A stretch of DNA of 64,000 nucleotides from an uncultured Alphaproteobacteria bacterium (GCA_963850855.1 CAWKNH010000012.1:32752-96751); one strand, 5' to 3'; counted from the first letter of the stretch, positions 29,714-41,821 are shown. Translations and numbers: made by a program. Notes: generated from the letters alone by a model not told the origin.

Positions 29714-31302
29714 CTAGTGCCGGAAATGCCGCATGCCGGTCAGCACCATGGCGATGCCGTGCTCGTCGGCGGCCCTGATCACCTCATCATCGCGCATTGA
29801 GCCGCCGGGCTGGATCACCGCGGTTGCGCCGGCTTCGATCGCGACCAGCAAACCATCGGCGAACGGAAAGAATGCGTCGGAGGCGACCACCGATCCCTTG
29901 GTGGCCGGCTGCGCGAGCCCGGCTGCCTTGGCGGCATCCTCCGCCTTGCGCGCGGCAATGCGCGCGGAATCGATCCGGCTCATCTGCCCGGCGCCGATGC
30001 CCACCGTCGCCGAATCCTTCGCATAGACGATCGTATTCGATTTCACGTGCTTGGCGACGCGGAAGGCGAAGCGAAGGTCGCGCAGCTCCGCATTGGTCGG
30101 CGCCCGCTTGGTCACCGGCTTGAGCTCCATGTCGTCGACTACGGCGTTGTCGCGCGACTGCACCAGGAGGCCGCCGGCGACGGTCTTTGCGGTGAGACCC
30201 GGTGCCCGTGGATCGGGCAGGCCGCTGGCGAGCAGCAAACGCAGATTTCTTCTTGCCCCGACGATGCCGATTGCCTCTTCGGTTGCGTCCGGCGCGATGA
30301 TGACTTCGGTGAAGATATCGTTGATGGCGCGTGCCGCGTCCGCATCGAGCGTGCGGTTGAGCGCGACAATGCCGCCAAAGGCCGAGAGCGGGTCGCAGAC
30401 GAGCGCCTTGCGGTAGGCGTCGAGCAGGCTTTCGCCCTCGGCGACGCCGCACGGATTGGCGTGCTTGATGATCGCGCAGGCGGCGGTGCGCGCCGGATCG
30501 AACTCGGCGACGCATTCATAGGCGGCGTCGGTGTCGTTGATGTTGTTGTAGGAGAGCTCGCGGCCCTGCACCTGCCGCGCGCTCGCAACGCCGAAGCGCA
30601 AATCCGGCGTGCGGTAGAAGGCCGCCGACTGGTGCGGATTTTCGCCATAGCGCAATTTCTCGATCAGCCGCCCGCCGATCGCGCGGTAGCCGGGCGCATT
30701 CTCGCCAAGCGCGCTGATAAACCAGTTGGAGATCGCGGCATCGTAGGCCGCGGTGCGGGCATAAGCCTTGGCGGCAAGGCGGCGGCGTAACGCCAGCGTC
30801 GTTCCGCCACGCTGCGTCAGCTCCGCCAGCACGTCCGCGTAATCCTCGGCGTCGACCAGGACGGCGACGTCGGCATGGTTCTTGGCGGCGGCGCGGATCA
30901 TCGCCGGTCCGCCGATGTCGATATTCTCGACGCAGGTTTCGAAATCGGCGCCGCGCGCCACGGCGTCCTCGAACGGGTAGAGGTTGACGACCAGGAGATC
31001 GATCGGGCGAATGCGGTGCGCGCGCATCGCCTCGGCGTGAGCGGGATTGTCGCGAACGGCCAGGAGGCCGCCATGCACCGCCGGATGCAGCGTCTTGACG
31101 CGGCCATCCATCATTTCCGGAAAGCCGGTGAGTTCGGAAACGTCGAGCACGGCAAGGCCGGCCTCGCGCAGCGTCTTGCGCGTCCCCCCGGTGGACACGA
31201 GTTCGATGCCGTGGCCGGCGAGCGCGCGGGCGAATTCAACGATGCCGCCTTGTCGGAAACGGAGATGAGGGCGCGCGAAGCGCGACGCAGGTGTTCGGTC
31301 AT
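29714..31302 (-). CDS. purH: Bifunctional AICAR transformylase / IMP cyclohydrolase, interrupted as sequenced by a 1-nt frameshift near codon 20
   Basis: Body is track ORF 29714..31351 (...[23 protein letters not shown]...[14 protein letters not shown]...). The true N-terminus ([19 protein letters not shown]) is in another frame (track ORF 31111..31332). The frames meet at GACAAGGC-GGCATC (31241-31254). Start ATG at 31302, 31317 or 31332. Confidence 0.9.
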
Positions 31303-31374
31303 GGCGTATTCGGTCATGGCGCGTTGTTTCATCCTCCACCGCGGAGCGCAAGCGAAGCGGGGGAGGATTTGGTG

Positions 31375-33153
31375 TCAGGTCGACAGCTTCGGCTCCTCAC
31401 TGCGCGCCCGCCGCGAATTGGCGCTGGCGGCAACGGCGGCGGCGCTGGCTTGCTGGAAGGTCCAGACCACGCGCGGCGCTTTCCGCGCCTGGCCGTAGAT
31501 CACCATCTGCACGCTGCGGCGCGGGCCGTCGCTGCCGGCGAGGTAGACGCTGTCCTCCAGTTCGACGACGTGGTCGTCGTAGGTGCTGAAGATCCACACC
31601 TCCTTGTTCGGCGCCATCAGCATGACGCCGCGGCCGTCGGTCAAGCGGTTGGCTTTGATCGAGGGGTGCAGATGGAAGCGCACAGCGTAGCGGTCGCGCG
31701 TCGTGCGGATTCGTTGGCCGCCATCGGCGGAAAGGAACAGCTCCTCGCCTTCGAGCCGCTTGCCGTCGGCGGCGAGCGCCAGCGTGCGCTCGTGGACAAT
31801 GCCGTAAGGGCCGGCGTAGCCGTCATGGGCGGCGCGCAGCACGATCGAATCGGCGCGATTTTCGCGCGTCACCGAGACGTAGCTCGGGCCGCCGAACATC
31901 GGCGAGCCGCCGAGCACCCGCCGGAACGCCGCGGCTTCGATGAAGCGGGCCGAGGACGTATCGTTGAACGTCACCGTGGAATGCGACGCGGTCGCGCGCG
32001 CGTGCCGGCGCCATTCCTCGCGCGAGGTCGCCGGCATGCCGCAATTGACGATGATGAGATTCTGCTTCAGCGAGGAGAACTCGAACGAAAGGCAGCCGGC
32101 ATGGGCCTCGAGGCTCGCCTCGATCGGCGGCGCGCCGCCGGTATCGATGATCAGGACGCTGCCGCCGGCTTCCATGCGCTGATACGCGGAATGCGGCGCG
32201 TTCGAGAGCGGCGCGCCGCGGGTATCGTCATAGGCGAGCAGCGTCATCAGCAGATCGGCCGGCGTCGCCCCCATGCCGTTGAAATGCGCGAAGGTCCCCT
32301 CGGAGTGGCGAAAGAAGCGCAGCATCGGCATCATGCGGTCGATGGCGTTGAGCAGCGGCTGCGGCGGCGCTTCGTTGCGCGAGGTAAACACCTGGCGCAG
32401 CGGCAGCAACATCAGCAGCAACTCGATGATCGCTCGGGGATTGCGGTCGGCGTGGCCGCCGTCGGGCAGGATCTGCTCTTCGATCACGCGATTGAGCCGG
32501 TCGGTGGTCGACTTGATGTGCTTCGCCTGCCCGGCGATGCACAGCGCCGCATAGCTCAGCGCGATCGGAGCCAGCATGCGCGCGACGCCGCGCCGCGCGT
32601 CGCCGGCGGTGTGGCGAAGATAGCGGACCTGGCGGACCAGGCTGCGCAGGAAGCGCCGGTAAAAGGCGACATCGGCGTCTTCCAGCACCAGGGTGGCCTG
32701 GCTGAGCCAGGAGACGATGCGGCGCGAGAGCACGTCCGGGCGCCAGCCGAGCGGGTGCCAGGAGCCCTGCACCGCGATCCATTCGTTGATCAGCGCCCGC
32801 GCATTGGCGCGGGTGACCGCAGAGTCTGCCGCATGCAGATGCCGCAGCCAGCTGAAACCGAGAAGCGCCGTCGCCCATTCCTCGGACGGCGGCTCCATTT
32901 CAAAGACCGAGCGGCCGTCGCAGACCACGATCTTGCCGGCGAAGGCGAAGCGGCCGGCGTAGATTTCGCCGGCGCGGGTGGCGTCGGTGGTGCGCAGATC
33001 CTGCGGCGCGATCAACAGCCGGTCGGGTTTGAGCGGAATGAACGACCAGCGCAGCAGCGGATGGCCGTTGAGGCGCCCGGCAAGGCGCCGTAGTCCGCCG
33101 CGCAGCAGCAGCCACGACAGCTTCGCGTGGTTCGCGATTGAAACGCGCGCCAT
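31375..33153 (-). CDS. Heparinase II/III-like family protein (function unknown)
   Basis: 592-aa track ORF. Assignment is from remembered family features and from its conserved position between purH and rsmB in Hyphomicrobiales. Confidence 0.65.
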   Translation of the reverse strand: MARVSIANHAKLSWLLLRGGLRRLAGRLNGHPLLRWSFIPLKPDRLLIAPQDLRTTDATRAGEIYAGRFAFAGKIVVCDGRSVFEMEPPSEEWATALLGFSWLRHLHAADSAVTRANARALINEWIAVQGSWHPLGWRPDVLSRRIVSWLSQATLVLEDADVAFYRRFLRSLVRQVRYLRHTAGDARRGVARMLAPIALSYAALCIAGQAKHIKSTTDRLNRVIEEQILPDGGHADRNPRAIIELLLMLLPLRQVFTSRNEAPPQPLLNAIDRMMPMLRFFRHSEGTFAHFNGMGATPADLLMTLLAYDDTRGAPLSNAPHSAYQRMEAGGSVLIIDTGGAPPIEASLEAHAGCLSFEFSSLKQNLIIVNCGMPATSREEWRRHARATASHSTVTFNDTSSARFIEAAAFRRVLGGSPMFGGPSYVSVTRENRADSIVLRAAHDGYAGPYGIVHERTLALAADGKRLEGEELFLSADGGQRIRTTRDRYAVRFHLHPSIKANRLTDGRGVMLMAPNKEVWIFSTYDDHVVELEDSVYLAGSDGPRRSVQMVIYGQARKAPRVVWTFQQASAAAVAASANSRRARSEEPKLST

Positions 33154-33240
33154 CGTCCAGATCGCCCTTCCGTCGGCGCATTGCGTCGCCGAATCCAGCT
33201 ATATCGGATCGCCGCACCGGCGGCCAATTACGAGCTAAAA

Positions 33241-34599
33241 TTAACGTTTCTGCAGCCGTGCGGCATAGAAGCCGTCGAGGCCGGCGAAGCGCGAATCAGG
33301 ATCGGGTAGCTGGCAGGGCAGGGTGCGCAGGTCGCCATCTTTGCTGATGAACTCGCCGCGGCCGAAAACCTCGGACGGCGCGACCGGCGCCCGCCGCATG
33401 CCGTCGTCGCGCGCGAGGAGGTCGGCGACTACATGCTCGGCCTCCTCGGGCTCGAGCGAGCAGGTGCAGTACACCAGGATACCATCGGGCCGAAGGAGCT
33501 CCACGGCGTGGGCGATGAGCCGGCGCTGCAAGGCGGCGAGCGCGGCGATATCGGACGCACGCTTGAGCCACGGCACGTCGGGATGGCGGCGGATGGTGCC
33601 GGTCGAGGAGCAGGGCGCGTCGAGGAGCACGGCATCGAACGGCTCGGCGGTCCACTCGGCAACATCGGCGCAGACGAGATCGGCGGCAAGCGAGAGGCGC
33701 GCGAGATTGTCGCGCAGCCGCGTCAGCCGCGCGGGCGCGCGATCGACGGCGGTGACATGCGCGCCGGCGGCGGCAAGCTGCGCGGTCTTGCCGCCTGGCG
33801 CAGCGCAGAGATCGGCGACGCGACGCCCGCTGACATTGCCGAACAGCCGCGCTGGCAGCGCCGCTGCCGCGTCCTGCACCCACCACGCGCCCTCGGCAAA
33901 ACCGGGCAGCGCGGTCACCGTTCCATGCGCGATCATGCGCACCGAGCCGGTCGGCAGCACCCGCCCGCTTAGCCGTGCGGCCCAGATTTCCGGATCGCTT
34001 TTGACCGTCAGATCGAGCGCCGGCTCGGTGCCATTGGCGGCAGCGATGGCGTGCGCCGTCTCCGCGCCGTAGCTCTCGGTCCAGCGCGCCAGCAGCCATT
34101 CCGGCGTATCGAGGACGGCGGTGTCGAGCGCGCGCAAACGCTCGGCGCCCTCGCGCGTGAGGCGGCGCAGCACGGCGTTGACCAGGCCGGCATAGTGCAT
34201 CGCCTGCCGGTCGGCCTGCGCCAGGCGCACCGCGAGATCGACGGCGGCATGATCGGGTACGTCGAGGAAGAGGATCTGCGCGGCGCCGATCAGGAGCGCG
34301 GTCTCGACCCGCGGCGCCTTCTCCGGCGCGCCGTGATCGAGAAAGATCCCGATCAGATGGCGCAGCGTGCCCAGCCGGCGCAGCACCGTGGCGGCGAGAG
34401 CCCGCACCAGCGCGCGGTCGCGCTCGGGCAAGCCGGCAAATCCCGGATGCGCGGCGGCGCCGTCGAGCACTTCGTCGAGCGCGCGCCGGCGGCGCAGCAC
34501 GTCCTCGACGATGTCGGCGGCAATCTGCCGGGCCGGCAAGCCCGGTACGGCGTCGGTATTGCCCGGCTGACGCGGGGCCGATTTTCGCTTGGCCTTCAT
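33241..34599 (-). CDS. rsmB: 16S rRNA (cytosine967-C5)-methyltransferase
   Basis: Track ORF 33241..34689. Start re-picked at ATG 34597-34599 (MKAKRKSAPRQ). SAM motif DLCAAPGGKT and catalytic ...LVYCTCSLEPEE... Confidence 0.9.
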   Translation of the reverse strand: MKAKRKSAPRQPGNTDAVPGLPARQIAADIVEDVLRRRRALDEVLDGAAAHPGFAGLPERDRALVRALAATVLRRLGTLRHLIGIFLDHGAPEKAPRVETALLIGAAQILFLDVPDHAAVDLAVRLAQADRQAMHYAGLVNAVLRRLTREGAERLRALDTAVLDTPEWLLARWTESYGAETAHAIAAANGTEPALDLTVKSDPEIWAARLSGRVLPTGSVRMIAHGTVTALPGFAEGAWWVQDAAAALPARLFGNVSGRRVADLCAAPGGKTAQLAAAGAHVTAVDRAPARLTRLRDNLARLSLAADLVCADVAEWTAEPFDAVLLDAPCSSTGTIRRHPDVPWLKRASDIAALAALQRRLIAHAVELLRPDGILVYCTCSLEPEEAEHVVADLLARDDGMRRAPVAPSEVFGRGEFISKDGDLRTLPCQLPDPDSRFAGLDGFYAARLQKR

Positions 34600-34674
34600 C
34601 CGGCGTTCTTGGCATGGTTCGCCGGCACCGGGGAGGGACTTGCGGCCGGCCGAACGCTTCGCCACGTGAACATC

Positions 34675-34902
34675 ATGGCATCCGAGCAAAAATCATCGAC
34701 CCCAGCCGCAAGCGCGGCGGATCGGACCGGCGGAAAACGCCCGCTGCCGCTGGCCGAACGCGCGCTCGCCGAAGCCGCAGCCCGTCGCGCCGAACGCGGC
34801 CGCACCGCGCCCGACCAGCCGAAGGAAATCGGCGGCCGCGACGGTCCGGAGCCGACCCGCTACGGCGACTGGGAAGTAAACGGCCTGACTTCGGATTTCT
34901 AG
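34675..34902 (+). CDS. DUF1674 / SDHAF4-like small protein
   Basis: Last 75 codons of composite track ORF 34051..34902, ATG 34675. Signature C-terminus ...EIGGRDGPEPTRYGDWEVNGLTSDF. Confidence 0.8.
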   Translation: MASEQKSSTPAASAADRTGGKRPLPLAERALAEAAARRAERGRTAPDQPKEIGGRDGPEPTRYGDWEVNGLTSDF

Positions 34903-34987
34903 GGTCAGGGGTCAGGGGTCGGGAATCAGGGGTCAGGCATAAGGCGTTCTGATTCCTGACCCCTGACCCCTGACCCCTGACCCCTGA
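34902..34987. repeat. Heptamer tandem repeats (GGGTCAG x5 / CCTGACC x4.7) forming a ~28-bp hairpin; bidirectional terminator-like
   Basis: Left arm 34902-34929 pairs with right arm 34949-34976 (one G-T pair), with a 19-nt loop. It fills the whole spacer between convergent stops at 34900-34902 and 34988-34990. Confidence 0.85.
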
Positions 34988-35503
34988 TTACTGGACGACC
35001 ACCGGCGTGCCGACGCTGACCCGTTCGTAAAGATCGGTGATGTCGGCGTTGTACATGCGGATGCAGCCGTGCGAGACGAAACGGCCGATCAAACCCGGCT
35101 GGTTGGTGCCGTGGATGGCATATTCTGTGCCGGTGAGCGTCATGGCTGCGACGCCCATCGGGTTATGCGGCGAGCCTCCCGGGATCACGTCGGGAAGCCT
35201 TGGGTTTTCCCGCTTGATCGACTCCGGCGGCGCCCATGCCGGGCTCATATACTTGCCGCTGATCGTGGTCGTGCCGGCCCATTGCATGCCGGCCTTGCCA
35301 ACTCCGACCGGATAGCTGAGCGCCCGCCCGTCGCCGAGGAACAGGTAGAGCCGGCGCTCGCTGGTGCGGATGACGATGGTGCCCGCCGCGTAGCTGTCCT
35401 TCGTCGTGACGATGTCGCCATTCGCGTGCGCCGGGTGCGGCGAAAGGGCGAATGAGCCGATACTGGCCACTAGCGCGGCCGCGAAAAGAATTGTCCCCCG
35501 CAT
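34988..35503 (-). CDS. L,D-transpeptidase (YkuD domain)
   Basis: Track ORF 34988..35527, ATG 35501-35503 (MRGTILFAAALVASIGSFALSP, a signal peptide). Catalytic motif HGTNQPGLIGRFVSHGCIRM. Confidence 0.9.
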   Translation of the reverse strand: MRGTILFAAALVASIGSFALSPHPAHANGDIVTTKDSYAAGTIVIRTSERRLYLFLGDGRALSYPVGVGKAGMQWAGTTTISGKYMSPAWAPPESIKRENPRLPDVIPGGSPHNPMGVAAMTLTGTEYAIHGTNQPGLIGRFVSHGCIRMYNADITDLYERVSVGTPVVVQ

Positions 35504-35666
35504 TGTGGAACCCCCAACACGCAACAAACTACTGGCCCGCGCCCGGGAGGCGCACTCACTAGGCGGAAACCATCTTAGACGAAAACGCGGGTTTCCTCAG
35601 CAGCAACCGCGCAACACGGTAAAATTTTCATCAATTTCTCACCGTCGCTGGCGGTGCTCCGGGACT

Positions 35667-37613
<1,947 letters not shown>

Positions 37614-37810
37614 CTCGTCCTCCAGGCGCACACGCCGCTGGCGCGGCCTTACTAAAAGGCGTTCCTCGCGGCGGCATTATGCGACGATGCCCGGACGAGC
37701 GACAAGGCTCCGAAATAGCCCCCGCGGATGGTGCGACATTCTTGACGCGTTGCCCGCGCCGGGTCCGCGGGCCGAAAATCGGAGATCAGCGGCGAACGGG
37801 GAACCGCCGT

Positions 37811-38719
37811 TCAGGCCAGCGATTGCACCACGTCGGCGATCTCCTGCTCCAGGAGCTTGAGCTTGTAGGCCGCGGCAGGAAGCGGCTTCGCGTGTTTGAT
37901 CGCCAGCTGGGCGGCCTTGCGGATGCCGGCTTCGTCGAGTGCCGTGGATCGCAGCGCCTCTTCGACCTCGAAGAATCGCAACGGCACCGGCGCGACGCCG
38001 CCGGCGACCACGCGAACGAACTCGAACCGCCGCTCGGCGAGCACGCCGCGGACGACCACCTCGACCAGCGGCCATTCGGCGTAGGTGCGACTTATGGCGC
38101 GCCGATAGCCCGCGCGCTCCCGCCCGAGCGGCACCGGCATGTCGACATGGGTGATGTACTCGCCGGGCTTGAGCGTGTTGTCGGCGGTTCCCTCGGAGCC
38201 GTCGCCGAGGAGGGCCGCGATCGTAATGTTGCTTCGTTCGCTGGTCGTGACCACGGCATCGTAGGCGAGAAGCGCGGCGGCGAGCGTCGAGGGATGCGGG
38301 GCGACGCAGGGTCCGAGGTCGAAGGCGACCCCATAGAGGTGATTGCCGACGCGCGCCGGGCACACCGGGTCGCCTTTCTTCAAGCAGGAAAGATGCGGGT
38401 TGCGGAAATACCAGCACCGCGTCCGCTGCGCCAAGTTGCCGCCAAGCGTGCCGACGCCGCGGATCTGCGGCGTCGCCAGTCCCGCGGCTGCCGCCGCGAG
38501 CCCCGGATAGGCCGTTTGCACGCGAGCGTCGCTCGCGAGCGTTGCGATCGTGACCATCGCGCCGATGCGCGCCGCGCCCTGCGGATTCCAGGCGAGGCCG
38601 GTCATCAGGTCGGTCGGTGCGAGATCGGTGATCTTGCCGCGCGAAATGCCCGAGCGGCGGCGCTCGGACAGATCGGTGCCGCCGGCGCGGAACTCGGGCG
38701 CCATCTGATGCAAGCTCAT
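37811..38719 (-). CDS. FAD-binding (medium) subunit of a xanthine-dehydrogenase/CO-dehydrogenase-family molybdoenzyme
   Basis: 302-aa track ORF. Motifs ...RAGGTDL... and ...GVGTLGGNLAQ... The ATG overlaps the upstream stop (ATGA at 38716-38719). Confidence 0.85.
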   Translation of the reverse strand: MSLHQMAPEFRAGGTDLSERRRSGISRGKITDLAPTDLMTGLAWNPQGAARIGAMVTIATLASDARVQTAYPGLAAAAAGLATPQIRGVGTLGGNLAQRTRCWYFRNPHLSCLKKGDPVCPARVGNHLYGVAFDLGPCVAPHPSTLAAALLAYDAVVTTSERSNITIAALLGDGSEGTADNTLKPGEYITHVDMPVPLGRERAGYRRAISRTYAEWPLVEVVVRGVLAERRFEFVRVVAGGVAPVPLRFFEVEEALRSTALDEAGIRKAAQLAIKHAKPLPAAAYKLKLLEQEIADVVQSLA

Positions 38720-41400
38720 GATCCTCTCCCGCCGTTCAACGCCGTTAGCAGGCGGTCCGGCCGCAAGGGAATCTCATACGGCCTTGTGCCGGTCGCATTG
38801 TGGACTGCGTTGGCGATTGCCGCGGCAACCGGCAGCGTCGCGACTTCGCCAAGTCCGACCGCACCGCCGGGCACGTGCTCAAAACCCCAATCGTCGAAGT
38901 GTATGTCCATCTCGGGCGTGTCGGCGATGCCGGGGATGCGATAGTCCTCCAAGCCCGTGGTCAAAACCTGCCCCGATGCCTGATCGATTTGCCGGCCTTC
39001 GTAGAGCGCGTAGCCGACGCCTTGGATGATCGATCCCTCCGCCTGGCTGCGGGCGAGCTGCGGCGCGGCGAGCCGGCCCACGGCCAAGCCGCTATGCACC
39101 CGCAGCACGCGGACGCGGCCGAGCAGCGTGTCGACCTCGACCTCGGCGACCTGCACGGCGCTCGGCGCGCCGGAGCCGGTTTCGAGGCGTGCAAATCGGC
39201 GCAGGATCCACTTGAACACCGTCCCCATCATGCCGGCCGCGTCGAGCGGCGAGGTAATGCCGCGAACCGCTGCCCGATCGGGGGGACGTCCCGCGGTCAC
39301 GTTGATGTCCGGCATCCCGACGAGGACTGCGCGCCAATCCGTCTTATCCTCGACCGGACGGTTCGAACGCCGGCGCACCTCGTCCTTGAGCCGATCCGCG
39401 GCCGCAAGCGCTGACGGCACTATGGTCGCGGTGCTGCGGCTGCCGCCCGCCATCGCGCCTTCCGGCAGGGAGGAGTCGCCGACCCGCGCCTCGATCTCAT
39501 GCGGCTCCAGTCCGAACGCGCCAGCGACCGTGTTGGCGAGCACGCTGCGGGCGCCGTTGCCAATGTCTTGCGTCGAGGTGCTGGCGATGAGGCGGCCATT
39601 CTTGATTTCAAGCTTCACCTCGCAGCCCGGTTGCCAGAAGTACAACCAAAAGCCTGCCGCTACGCCGATGCCGCGCCGATATCGGCCGCGTTCGGAGCCG
39701 ACTTCGCCGCGGGCGCGCCAGGTGTCGAGGCCGCTCGCCCAATCGTAGAGGCGTTGGCGATGCGGGTCCGGATCCCAGCGCTGGCGAAGCGCGATCGGGT
39801 CGACGGCGAGCCTGAACGCGGCCTCGTCGACCGCCTGCTCCAGTGCGAAGCACAGCACCGGACCTCCGGGGCCGCGGAACGGGGCGCCCGGCGGCAGATT
39901 GCTCACGACGTCGTAATCGAGCAGCTCCTTGGCTTCCGCCGGGTAGATCAAGCGCGCGAGCGCGGCGATGGTCGAGTTCACTCCGGCGCCGGTGTCGGCG
40001 TAGGCCTTGAACGAGAGAGCCTTGAGCGAGCCATCGCGGCCCGGCAGCAGCGACACCGAAAGCTCGGCTCCCGGCCGATACCCGGTCACGCTGAGTTCCT
40101 CGTGACGATCAAGCACGACCCGAACCGGCACGCCGGCGGCGCGGGCGAGTTCGATCGCGGCGAAGGCCTCGGCCCGCAGGGGTCCTTTGGAGCCAAAGCC
40201 GCCGCCGACATGGTGCGCGATGACCTGCACGTTCTCCGCGGGGAGGCCGTATTTTTTCGCAATCAGTTCCGCACTGTGTCGCGCTGCCTGGGTCGACAGA
40301 TAAACCGTCAGGCGGTCGCCCGCGAATGCGGCGACCGCGGCATGCGGCTCAAACGAGGTGTGCGATTGCGCCTGCGTCCGCCAAACGCCCTCGACCAGCA
40401 GCGGATCGGCGGCGGCCTTGGCGGCCTCGAGCATCTTGCGGGCCTTGCGCGGCTTGTCCGACATGCCGCCCGTGGGGCCGCGGATATTGTTTTTCCAGGG
40501 CGCCGGCAGCGACGGGCCTTCGGACACGTTCCCGGTCTTTTTGCGGAATCCGGAATACACCGTCGGGGCTTTTTCGCGCCGCGCCTCATCCATGCCGACC
40601 ACGGCGGGGAGGATTTCATAGCGCACCGCGATGACCTCGAGCGCGGCGCGCGCCGTCTTGCCGTCGACCGCCGCCACGGCGGCGATCTCCTGGCCGGCGA
40701 AGCGCACGACGCTGTCGGAGCCGAGGAGCGATATGGCCGCGGCGACGCCCGGCAATTTGCGCGCCGCCGCGAAATCGAGTGCGACTACGCGCGCGTGCGC
40801 ATGCGGTGATCGCAGAATGGCGCCTTCAAGCTGTCCTTCGAGCGCGATGTCGACGGTGTACTTGGCGCGGCCGGTGACTTTTTCGGCGGCCTCGACGCGC
40901 GGGCCCTGGATGCCGGCGGCGTCGAATTGGCCCGTGCAAGCCTGTGCGACCGCCTCGCAAATATTCGCATAGGCCCCGCACCGGCATAGATGTCCGGCGA
41001 GCGCCGCCGCCACCTCGGTCGGCGAAGGTGCGGCCGTGCCTTTGGCGCGCCGCCATTCGTCGTGAAACACCGCGGCCTCCACCACAAAGCCTGGCGTGCA
41101 GAAGCCGCACTGCAGCGCGTCGCGCGCGATGAACGCCTTCTGCACCGGATGCAGATCGGCGGCCGCTGCGATTCCCTCGACGGTCACCACTTGTTTGCCG
41201 CGCGCGGCGTTGGCGGGCATCAGGCAACTCACCACCGGCTTGCCGTCGAGGAGCACCGTGCAGGCGCCGCATACACCGGCGCCGCAAACGAGCTTGGTGC
41301 CGGTGAGCCCGGCATTGCGCAGGACGTCGATGAGCATGGCGTCATCGTCGGCGACGCCTGCGGCAAGCGCGACAGTCTTGCCGTTCACGATCATGTCCAT
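38716..41400 (-). CDS. Fused [2Fe-2S] small subunit plus molybdopterin-binding large subunit of a xanthine-dehydrogenase-family enzyme
   Basis: 894-aa track ORF. N-terminal Fe-S motifs CGAGVCGACTV, CGFCTPG and CRCGAY are followed in the same frame by the aldehyde-oxidase/XDH hammerhead and Moco-binding domains. Confidence 0.85.
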   Translation of the reverse strand: MDMIVNGKTVALAAGVADDDAMLIDVLRNAGLTGTKLVCGAGVCGACTVLLDGKPVVSCLMPANAARGKQVVTVEGIAAAADLHPVQKAFIARDALQCGFCTPGFVVEAAVFHDEWRRAKGTAAPSPTEVAAALAGHLCRCGAYANICEAVAQACTGQFDAAGIQGPRVEAAEKVTGRAKYTVDIALEGQLEGAILRSPHAHARVVALDFAAARKLPGVAAAISLLGSDSVVRFAGQEIAAVAAVDGKTARAALEVIAVRYEILPAVVGMDEARREKAPTVYSGFRKKTGNVSEGPSLPAPWKNNIRGPTGGMSDKPRKARKMLEAAKAAADPLLVEGVWRTQAQSHTSFEPHAAVAAFAGDRLTVYLSTQAARHSAELIAKKYGLPAENVQVIAHHVGGGFGSKGPLRAEAFAAIELARAAGVPVRVVLDRHEELSVTGYRPGAELSVSLLPGRDGSLKALSFKAYADTGAGVNSTIAALARLIYPAEAKELLDYDVVSNLPPGAPFRGPGGPVLCFALEQAVDEAAFRLAVDPIALRQRWDPDPHRQRLYDWASGLDTWRARGEVGSERGRYRRGIGVAAGFWLYFWQPGCEVKLEIKNGRLIASTSTQDIGNGARSVLANTVAGAFGLEPHEIEARVGDSSLPEGAMAGGSRSTATIVPSALAAADRLKDEVRRRSNRPVEDKTDWRAVLVGMPDINVTAGRPPDRAAVRGITSPLDAAGMMGTVFKWILRRFARLETGSGAPSAVQVAEVEVDTLLGRVRVLRVHSGLAVGRLAAPQLARSQAEGSIIQGVGYALYEGRQIDQASGQVLTTGLEDYRIPGIADTPEMDIHFDDWGFEHVPGGAVGLGEVATLPVAAAIANAVHNATGTRPYEIPLRPDRLLTALNGGRGS

Positions 41401-41406
41401 TGGCCT

Positions 41407-41730
41407 CTACTCCTCGCAGTCCTCGACTTCGGTTACGAGCCGCTGCAGCAACACCAGCGCCGCGCCGATGGTGAGGAAATAGTGACGCTCCGTTCCCTGG
41501 CGGCGGACGCCGACCAGCCCGGCCTGACGCAGCACGCCGAGATGGTGCGAAATCGCCGGGCGGGACAGCGGCAGTTTCCGCGCGAGCTGCGTAACGTTGA
41601 GCGACTCGGTCTTCTCCAGCAGCAAAATGATCCGCTGCCGCGTCATGTCGCCCAGGGCGAAGAACATCGGCTTGCACTGGGCGAAGGTGCGCGCCACCTG
41701 TTTCATCGGCACGCCCATCAGCGCGTGCAC
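41407..41730 (-). CDS. ArsR/SmtB-family transcriptional regulator
   Basis: 107-aa track ORF; start uncertain among three Met codons. HTH pattern ...LGDMTRQRIILLLEKTESLNVTQLARKLPLSRPAISHHLGVLRQAGLV... Its stop is 6 nt before the molybdoenzyme ATG. Confidence 0.85.
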   Translation of the reverse strand: MHALMGVPMKQVARTFAQCKPMFFALGDMTRQRIILLLEKTESLNVTQLARKLPLSRPAISHHLGVLRQAGLVGVRRQGTERHYFLTIGAALVLLQRLVTEVEDCEE

Positions 41731-41821
41731 GCGTCAATGCGTTTAATCATTTGAACGGATCATAGTGTCCGATGGCCGCGCGCTCAAGCGCTGCGTAGTC
41801 ACAAAATCGGGATCAAGCCGG

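Noticed and set aside
31291-33093. 600-aa + strand ORF antisense to the heparinase-II/III-like gene
   Set aside because: Shadow ORF with Arg/Ala/Gly-rich nonsense. The minus-strand protein has balanced composition and conserved synteny.
34902-34987. CRISPR array or coding microsatellite
   Set aside because: The repeat unit is 7 nt with no spacers. The two blocks are mutually complementary and lie between two stop codons, so this is a hairpin-forming intergenic repeat.
41731-41800. ArsR operator upstream of the arsR-like gene (TCAAATGATTAAACGCATTGA region)
   Set aside because: The dyad is only loosely symmetric. I could not define a convincing inverted repeat by eye.
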